Shown: piece after piece, positions 55,094-64,000 of the stretch
Numbering within the stretch: position 1 is the first letter of the stretch
Layout: each line of letters starts with the position of its first letter
Assembly (NCBI GenBank): GCA_036630325.1
Contig: CP142730.1
Location: forward strand, 620,001-684,000
Length of the DNA: 64,000 bases
Origin: Vairimorpha necatrix
Lineage: Eukaryota
Direction of reading: 5' to 3'
Program-made: the position numbers and the translations under genes
Notes under the pieces: generated by a model
What the model was told of the DNA's origin: nothing
The model's input: only the letters and a program-made list of their open reading frames with translations
Database searches by the model: none

Positions 55094-58076
55094 TAATATT
55101 CGAGGAACTTTTTTTACAAATCAAAATAATTCAACCATTATTCTTAAATTTTTAATATAAGACAACCAATTGTTTAAAATTTATGTATTAATATACGAAT
55201 AAAAGTTCTTTAAATTTTTTTAGGTTAGATTTTCTTTAGGTTAAGTTAGCATAAAAACTTTAATATTATCGTTGATTTTCAACTATGAAAGCTTTTGTGA
55301 GCATTATATTAAATTCTGGTTTTAAATTACAATTTAAGACAGCTATAGAAGTGATTAATCGAGAAATCGCTTCTGTTTGCATTATAGTTCCAAATATAAT
55401 TTAATTTTGTATATGTGGGACAAAAACTATTGCGCTAAAACGTTTCTATTTTTAGCCCAGAACACCAAATTTTTACAGATTATTTTTTGTATCGCAATGA
55501 GATCATATAAATGTGTTGACGTTTTAGAAACAACTTTTATTAATGAAAATACATATTATAGCGGCATTAATAGATAAAAACATACGAAAATAAAGAAATG
55601 TACATTATTTGATTTTAGTGAAAAATGCATTTTAATAATTTTTAGATTAATCTTTAAAATGAGCAATCTTCTAATAGCTCGTATGACTTTTTGTCAATAC
55701 ATTTCATTATAACCCTTTTGTCGAGCAACATCTTGTTAATTTAAATCTATTAAATTTTTCGCATTTTTTGTTTTGATTGGACAATTAAGACTTTTCAATA
55801 CACAAATAAGACTATTTTTTCTATTAAATCAATACTATACGCTAAAATAAGCAATTAAACAAAAAATTAGTTACTTTCTGTTTTTATTATTAACACATTG
55901 AGACGATGTCTACGCTGGTAAATAAGCATGGATATTTATTTATTTATCATTTAAGTTTTGCAATAAGTCATTTAATTTTATACACAAATATATGTTTTAT
56001 ATTTAAAATACCACTATGATGATTAAATGTATTTTTATAGACATAAAAGAAGTTAATAGTCTAGCAAGCTTTAATCTAAAATTCATGTTATTTAAAATTT
56101 ATGCATTCAAAATGGGGGTTTATTCAATATTACATTATAACTGTTCTAATTTTTATTTAGTATTACAAATACCTGTCTATCATAAGTGATACACGTTTCT
56201 CTATGAAGTTAATAAAACTAAAATCAGGCTTTTAGTATCATGATTATCTTCCAACGCTTAAAAAGGTATAAAACAAAGTGTATATTATTTTTTTATCGTA
56301 ATATTGATAAGTTTTTTTTATGTATACGTAGTAAATCATTAATTAAATATTTAAAAAACAGTATAGAAGAGCAAAATTATAACATGAAATAAACAACGTT
56401 ATTATAACAACTTTTTTTAGAAATAGAAAAATGTAATTAGATTATGTAAAAATATTGTAAAAAACGAGTGTTTAATAGTAATTAAACATATGTAATACCA
56501 AGAAGTATCAAAATGAAAATTTTTTACATTATATATCTGATTTATGATAATGTAATTTTTAGTATTGCCGAATAAACTTTAGCTACTTTTATCAAATAAT
56601 AAATATCAATTGATATGTATGGACAAATTTTCTGATCATTGTGTAAGTTTTTTTCATTGGTATATGCTAGAATAGTTTTTTGTTTTAAAATCATTATATA
56701 AATTCTTCTATGGGTGCTTAACACGTTAAACGCGATGGAAAATACATAAATCGTAAAAATTTATTATCGTAATTTGTTTATTATGTTACGATACGTATAG
56801 AACATAAGTTTTGTTAAATTCTGTACATGGTTTACATAGTTACAGGCAAATACATAGCTGAGGTTTTGCGACCCGTGGCGTTGACATGTTAACAATTTTG
56901 TCAAATTTTTCACTTTAAAAATATAAACTTATAGGAAGAAATGACAAGCGTATAAAATCTAAGAATCAATTTTTTTTTACCTTAGAACATCCGGAATTTT
57001 ATAATTTTATATTTTTAGCAACCTCTGTTTAGCAGTTTGTTTGAATTATCCTTCTTCATTGTGAGATTTTTCATAATTATAAAAATACATATTAACTAAG
57101 ACATATTTTTTATGTTTTTTCATTTTCAGGGGGAGGGAGGTTTAGCAGCATTCTATAAATATTTAGAATGTTGTTTTTATTTGAAGAACTGATTTTTGGG
57201 ATAAAACCACTTCTTGTATTTAAAATGCTTCTTAAAGACAGAATTCTTGTGAGGATAATTTATTAAGTTTAACTAAGAATTACGTTAAACGAAATTTTAT
57301 AAAAATCTATCATTTTGTATATATTCTATCATTTCTTTATAAATTGCATAAAAACGAATGATTTTTTCCTTCTCATATTTATTTTTTATATACATTCATA
57401 GACGTTTTATTTATTGCAATAAATTATATTTTTATTAAAATCATTTTACGGGATAAATTAAAAAACTTCAGCTTATCTCTTCTATTGTAATGTGTTTTCA
57501 TTAAGTTCTTTTATGTTAATAACAATTATTGTGAATATAATAAAAGCGATAGTGTATTTTATTGCATTATAATATTATAATTATTTCTATAAGCCGAAAA
57601 GACCATTAATATGAAATTTTAAGATGAGTATGTATAGATTTTTAAAGCTAATAAATCATGATACGATGGTAACGATTTACAAAAAAATTCCACGAAAAAT
57701 TATGCAAAAACGTGATAAATGAGAAGAAAAAAAAATTTGTCTATAAAGTATTTCTTCTTTTTTTTGAGAAACACATATTACATTCATTATACTTAAGAAT
57801 CAAAAAATTTCAAGAACTAGTTTATATAAATAAATTACAGGTTTTTTTTATTAGATCTACAAATTCTATAAACGCCTCTTATTATCACAAAAATTATGTT
57901 CAAATGTGATGCAGATCTGCTGTAATTGAAAACAATCATGCAACGATGATTTTTCTGCAGAGAAATTTATACAAAAGATTAATTATTCTGTAAATACTCT
58001 TTTAAGATATTATTTTCTAAATCTAACTACTAAAAAAAATTAAATAAATATAAATAAATGGAAATTACACCCCCAA

Positions 58077-58418
58077 ACGCATCAATTTTTTTGTTTTGGT
58101 AAATTGCTGATTTCAGTAACTTATATAATATAAGCAAGCGAGAATCTAGTTAATAATTTGAATTTAACCATCAATAACAATGCTAGTTACACCAATGAAG
58201 TGGAGGATATAAATGCCGGATATACGACATTTGCACAATACGCGTATAGTGCTCCATATGCTTTGATGGTGATCGTAACTATATGTATTCTTCTTTACAT
58301 TATTTATAGACATATAAGAAGTAAAGAAATATCTAGAGATGCGAGGACAGATATAAATACAAATGAAATGGAAACCTTAAATAAACAATTAAAATATTTA
58401 TGGTGTTTTTTAAAATGA
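58077..58418 (+). pseudogene. Possible small signal-peptide plus TM protein pseudogene
   Basis: CCCCC followed by ACG (in place of ATG), in frame with ORF 58158..58418; one TAA in between; TM ALMVIVTICILLYIIY. Confidence 0.4.
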
Positions 58419-58435
58419 TAATATCATATCAAATA

Positions 58436-59126
58436 GGTACATGACCGTTTGGAACCCGCTTTGGGAATATGAACCCGCATTGGGAATATGAATCCGCTTT
58501 GGGAAAATGAACCCGCATTGAAATTTTAAAGGACCCCCCTTTAAAAAAATGGCAAAATTGGCAAAAACAATGTTTGTTATAGAATATGAGCTTTTTAGTG
58601 ATGAAATGTTTTTAAACATGGAAATAAATGAAAATTTTATTTTGGAAACATTTGATGCTAAAGAGGCGTCGCCTTGCTCGTTTCTGTAACTAGTAGGCAT
58701 ACTGCTTTTTCCTTGAGGTAATACAAGAAAATGTATAACCTGTTTCTATTATGATCTCTAATTAATGGATAGCATATGATGCCACATTAGCTAAGTAAAG
58801 GGATGGAGCACAGTTCTAAGAATCACTCCATAAATGCTATAACTTCTAGCGATTCTAATTCACAACATCATATAATTTAGTTGATTTTCGCTCATTTCTA
58901 TAAGAGATATTCGATCTTAACATAAACAAAGAAGAACAATATGAGTACCTTTTACAGTTTCACTGGGCTTCCAAATTTCCAAAAAATATCGGATAAATTG
59001 TCTTCTGTCATTATTTAAAATAAATCGTTAAGTCCCTTTTTTATAATTTTTTTTATTTTTCCCTTTTTTTGAATTTTTTCAATGCGGGTTCATTTTCCCA
59101 AAGCGGGTTCCAAACGGTCATGTACC
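58436..59126 (+). mobile_element. Non-autonomous Merlin element, family A (best-preserved copy)
   Basis: Long TIR GGTACATGACCGTTTGGAACCCGCTTTGGGAA.ATGAACCCGCATTG with 19-bp subterminal repeats; 8-bp flanks ATCAAATA and ATCATATA; internal transposase remnant (EVIQENV*PVSIMISN*WIAY..NHS). Confidence 0.9.
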
Positions 59127-60246
59127 ATCATATATATTACTAATATATTAACGAACCAATCGTCTACTTTTTAAGTAATAACTTAAAAAAGCATAAATTT
59201 TAGAAAATGCGTAGAAAGATTTTTAAGACTAAAAGTAAAAAAAGCATCGTTTTACTGATATGTGTTTTTAATAAATCCTTTTTCTTTAGAATACTTAAAT
59301 TATTATTGAAAAATAGATATGTTTCAACCAAAAATAAACATTTACTTATACGTTGTGTAGAGCGTAATTTATCATTTTAAATACTGAAAAAAAACAAATT
59401 GTGATCAATAATGTTTTTGATATTTTTTGTGGTTTTTTACTTCATAATATAATAGTATACTTTATAAAAATATATTTTATTGTTTTTAAATCAAATTTTT
59501 CTAAAATTATAAGGAATAAATGCAAAATAATTATTTTTTAAATTACTTAATCTTATATTATGACTAATCTTTAAACCTCGCCTTGTAATTTGTCTTTTTT
59601 AGTCTAAAGCGGGGTATATAAAAAATACATCGTATTTTATAACTACTGTGTTTTTATTATTCAATGGCTATTGCTTTGATCAGATGATAATCAACTTATT
59701 TTGAGAAATTGTTATATCATTATGCTCTATCTTTCTAAACTTTATATAAAATCATATTTATTGAACATGAAACTATACACCTATTTTCTCAAAAAAAAAA
59801 AATACGTGTGAGGAAATTGGCTTAATGCCAAAATAAAGTTTATACATAGACAAAAAGTTTATTGTAAAAAACAAGATTTTTTTATTACTTGACTTGTTAG
59901 TTCATCCAAAGTTGTAAAGTTGTGCCCTGTTATTTATGTTGGCAACCACATTATATTATCCGGTTAAAAAGAAATATTTTTAACGTGTATGAGCTTGTCT
60001 AAGCCCATAAGAGTGTAGATAGATGCTACTTTAACTGTTTGAAAAGGTTTATAGGTAACCTCTTTTGATATGGAATCTGAAGAGAAATCTGAGCAAAATC
60101 TTGGGAACAGACAAAACATTACAAGGAAAGCTCAATATTTATAGGAACCTGTTCCGCTTTCTAATGGCCATAGTACACGTGTATAACCTGATAAAATTTA
60201 GAATTGGTGAAGTATTTGTGGAGATGTATTAACGATATATATATAT

Positions 60247-60894
60247 AGAGCAAAAGTAAGTCTGCAACTAACTGTAGTGATTGTAGTGAAGGTGCAGTGG
60301 CAATAGAATGGCATCAAAGATACAAATATAATGGAATAACAGAGGATCCCTCTAGTGCTGTCAGAAGAGAGACTTTTGAAAAAGTAAGAAGTGAGATTTT
60401 ACAGAGGGTTGAAAAACTAAACAAGACTCAAATAAATGAAAAGAATATGATTCGACTATAAACGAGCTTGCAATATCAGTTTTAAACTATCATGTAGGAT
60501 TATTAAAATTAGAACCAATATATTTCAATAGTCTCAACTTTGATATCCGACGGGTACTTATCAAGTACCAGGTCCATCTACTGCCAACCTGTAAGAAAAG
60601 ACTATACCTACCTAGTTCCGAAATGGGCAGAGGCCCCATAAGTATCGAAGATAAAGACAAAAGTATGCGTTGAATTTAAATAAAACATTAGATGAGTGTA
60701 GAAGTAGCTCACTAAGATGGGCAGAGATACATAAAGTAGAGGCAGAGAGCAAATCCCACTTGTTTACAATTTACGAGTATCTAAGGATTAGGTATAGCTT
60801 TGTGGGAGAGATAACCCCGAAGATGCTAATAAATTCACAGAAAGAGGGGTTTCACAACAAAATTTACACAAGACAAACAATGGAAAGTTGTTTA
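60247..60894 (+). mobile_element. 5'-truncated RLE-type LINE fragment (RT thumb region), interrupted by a Tc1 element
   Basis: Begins right after a (TA)n run; reads KSATNC.., YKY..GITED, RLYLP..GRG; 60770-60894 matches the reverse complement of about 10638-10760. Confidence 0.85.
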
Positions 60895-61228
60895 CAAAGG
60901 TTTGCATTTCTATATTCCCATAAAAATAAGAAATTTTTAAATAATAAAAAATTTAATTAAAAAATTTTCTCTTGCCCTTGCCTTTTCTAGCCAGCCTATC
61001 ATATTTCTGTAAAACGCAGGATATTCCCGGTTATAATCTAAACTCAAAACATTCTCAATAATTGTTTCAATTAGACTTTCTGATGAATGAAATGATGAAA
61101 ATCTTGCCTTGAGCATCAAAAAAACTCTTTAATGGGATTTAGTTGTGGTGAATAAGGAGGCAGAAATTTATGATTAATGCCTAGATTATTTATTTTTGTA
61201 ATTTTCCCTCGAATGATAAAAACTGGCA

Positions 61229-63260
61229 GCGAGGTGTCCTTATCACAGTGGTAGAATGCTTTGCTTCCATTGAGCAATGGCTGGGTTCGATTCCCAGGGG
61301 CACCAAAATTGTTTCTACTTTCTATGATGCAGTTGGAACAACTCAGATGATGAAAATGTCCACGATAATCATTAAGTTGATTAGATGAAACTTGTGTGTG
61401 TCCAGCCACAAGGGGATTAGCATCTAGTGTAGAAACGCACCTCAAGGGCAAAAAGCAGTATCGCCCTTTGGTGACTTAATGATACATAAAAGTATCTAAT
61501 GGGTACGGCCTAGTTGGAGCCCATGGCTGGTGCACTCTAAAGTAAGATTCTAGAGCTAACTAAGAGACTAGACGAAGTAGGGCAATAAAAGGTCTCGTGG
61601 ACCCTATCCTACAAGATTCTGTAACACGGTGGCCGAAACTAGTGGGAGAATGGTGGTCAACGCAGCCCAATAAAAACGCCGGGCTGGGGATGTGGTCGTG
61701 TAAGGAGCCGTGTGTGCAATACAGATGATTGTAGGGACCTTTGAGTCAGTACGATAATGTCTCTCCTCGGGTTATAGATAACCATGCCCGTTAAGTATAT
61801 CCGCTGTGAGTTCACTCTGGACGCGATTTGAGGTATAAATGGAAAGTGTTCTCCTGGAGCCAAAGTCCGGCGCTACTTCATTTTCTTGCCCCCCCCCTAA
61901 AAAAAACATACATAAAAAGATACAAAATCGTGTTATTTTTCAAATCTAAATATTTTTTTTTTGAGGGGGGCAAGAAAATGAAGTTAAGGTATTTTTTGTC
62001 GATTTGAGAATTTTTAAATGCCTCCTTCAGATTCCTCATTAAGGGGTTAAAAAATTTTAATTTTTTAATCCTTAATAAGAAATTTAAAGGAAGCTATTCG
62101 GGAGCTAAATATCTGCGAAGATGCGTGCTTTAGGCACAATGAAGCAGCAATTGATTTTTTTTAGATAATGGTCTTCTTAAAAGATCGATTGCTTGCAAAC
62201 ATTGTTCGACATCAGAACGAACTGTTCTTATGAACATTAATGGATGTTCCGGCTAAATTGACGGTAAAGCTTATCGTTGTGTTAATAAAAAGTGTGGTTC
62301 GAAGAGTTCACTAAAAAATGGTACGATGTTTAAAGGGATAAGCGTTCAATTTCACAAAATTCTTAGAGCATTCTATGGCTGGGTATTAAATTATACTACT
62401 TACCAAGCAATAGATCTTTGCAAAATATGTGAATATTCATATATTTAAAACAAGGATACAGTGATGGAAGTCATTGCTTCTAAAAGCGATAAAAGCTACC
62501 AAATATGAGGAACTTCTGTTTGTGTACAATTTGATGAAACCGCCATATGCAACGGGTAATTGTATCCAATCCTTCTTCAACTTTGGATTCCATGTCTGGA
62601 ATTCAATGGATTATAGGCGGCATAGTAGAAGGTAACTGTAGAGAATTTGTTCTTGAATTGCTACCGAATCGACAATCTGGTACTATTGAAGAGTTTATTA
62701 GACACAGAGTAAAACATGGCTCTATTATAATTTCTGATGGATACCCTTCATGCCCTCCAGCCTCTAGAAATTTTGGGAGTGAACATTACAAAGTAAATCA
62801 TTCGCTTGGGTTTATAAATGCAGAAGGAGACCACACAAATAATATAGAAAATTTGTGGTCCCATTTGAAGAATGAATATAGATTGAGAATGAGGCTTTAA
62901 AGGCATAGGATAAATTTTTTTCTAAAAGAATTCGCTTGGAAAAAAAAAATATCAATCATTTCAATAATGATGATCATATGTGTGCTTATATAAAAATTTT
63001 AAAACTTTGTAGGTTGAAATAATTAAAATTTCTTCTAAATAATTTTTTTTTCTAGGGGGGGGGGGGCAAGAAAATGAAGTAGCGCCCAAAGTCCAATGGA
63101 TACGGCGGAGCTTGCTGCACCGGCAAGTTGTATGGAGGGAGTTTTAGTGAGTAAGAATCTCACAGTACCAGTTGGATGAGGATCACACCCAAATCCCCTG
63201 GTCCCTATGCAAGGTTTCTCCCTACCTCTTACTTGCAAGGAAAAAAAAAAAGAAAAAAAA
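61229..63260 (+). mobile_element. tRNA-derived SINE (about 0.8 kb after removing the Merlin insert) with poly(A) tail
   Basis: tRNA-like head at 61233-61305 (A-box-like TATCACAGTGG, B box GGTTCGATTCC, paired acceptor and T stems); A tail at 63241-63260; TSD ATRAAAACTGGCA at 61216-61228 and 63261-63273. Confidence 0.85.
61869..63086 (+). mobile_element. Merlin (IS1595-like) transposon with a degenerate transposase, inserted in the SINE
   Basis: TIR GGCGCTACTTCATTTTCTTGCCCCCCCCC; perfect 8-bp TSD CAAAGTCC (61861-61868 and 63087-63094); VQFDET, WIIGGI, IISDGYPS, VNHS, HTNNIENLW. Confidence 0.95.
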
Positions 63261-64000
63261 ATGAAAACTGGCATTATCCATTATAAGAACTTCACCGGGA
63301 TTATTCCAAATAAACATAGAGCATTCAATTTAAAATTCATTAAACTCTCGGAATTATATGCTCCACGTTTATACTAAAATGCCAATAATCCATTTATAGT
63401 AATTACACATATACAGCTTATATTTTGGCCACGATTTGCCGCAACATTATTATAGGCCTTGGTATTCTTTTCTGAATATTCTTAACTTCGCGTAGTATAG
63501 CGTTGAACCCAGTTTCATCAAGAAAAACTAGGTTTTCGGCCGAGTACCTACTAATTTCGGAGGCAAAATACTCCTTTGGTTTATTTTGTAATACAAGTTA
63601 CGTTCAACAGGAATCAAACTGTGCCTTTTTCTTGTTATACCGAGTTTTTTGAGTTTTCTCGATATTGAAGATTTTGACAAATTTACATTTGTTCGTAAAT
63701 TTAACTCATTAGAAATTTCCTGTAAAGTCATATCGTTTGCACAATCGACTATGTTTTTTACAACCCGGTCTGTATCCGAAAGCATTTCACTTTGATTCAA
63801 CTGCCGAATAGACCTTGTAGGTTGGTTGTGCTGGTTTCGAATAATAGATGCAACGGTTTTACGATGTAAATCAATCATAGTCGATATTTCGGCTATGTAT
63901 CGTTTTTCATCTTTTGTTAATTCTAAAATGATATTCTTCAATTCGTTGATTATTGTTTTCCTTATTTTTCTTACCATTGAGGGGAATATAGAAATGCAAA

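Larger units (their letters stand above)
60895..64000 (-). mobile_element. Tc1/IS630 transposon, interrupted by the SINE; right TIR runs off the window
   Basis: Left end TA-CAAAGGTTTGCATTTCTATATTCCC; right end GGGAATATAGAAATGCAAA at 63982-64000. Transposase N-part is ORF 63528..63977; LIMDNASF lies at about 63265-63290 and continues at 61228 into FLPPYSPQLNPIKEFF. Confidence 0.9.

Noticed and set aside
58436-58525. 19-bp repeat array resembling CRISPR or iterons
   Set aside because: The repeats are contiguous without spacers and are part of the Merlin subterminal region.
61233-61305. Functional tRNA gene (Gly- or Met-like)
   Set aside because: The D stem and anticodon loop are non-canonical, there is no oligo-T terminator, and it lies inside a TSD-flanked, poly(A)-tailed repeat. 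Treated as the SINE head.
61340-61400. Hammerhead ribozyme in the SINE body (GATGATGA..GAAAC around a hairpin)
   Set aside because: No CUGANGA core abutting stem II, and stems I and III could not be built.

Overview
AT-rich eukaryotic DNA with short, mostly intronless genes. Many start codons have a CCC/GGG motif just upstream. Together with the reduced, divergent housekeeping proteins, this points to a microsporidian (Nosema/Vairimorpha-like; inferred). Two gene-dense blocks carry core genes. About 13.9-22.1 kb: NLE-WD40, Fcf1, gamma-tubulin complex subunit, ORC5-like, otubain, RhoGAP-like, uL1. About 37-49.6 kb: GWT1, RluA-type pseudouridine synthase, eS6, BIR protein, U2AF65-like, tRNA-Ser, GPI, tRNA-Asp, WNK kinase, Naa50-like, RanGAP. 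Between and around them are gene-poor tracts with duplicated secreted-protein genes, two C2H2 paralogues, a membrane-anchored HECT ligase and many mobile elements (Merlin/IS1595, Tc1/IS630, MITEs, RLE-type non-LTR fragments). Most notable: (i) a ~0.8 kb tRNA-derived SINE, present twice; (ii) a four-level nest (LINE < Tc1 < SINE < Merlin) with readable junctions; (iii) two GC-richer non-coding islands with extensive pairing potential (22.34-22.55 kb and 31.36-31.74 kb). Each island carries about 1.5 copies of a telomere-repeat complement, so both are ncRNA or telomerase-RNA candidates, though the second may be a solo LTR. All calls were made by eye, with no database search.
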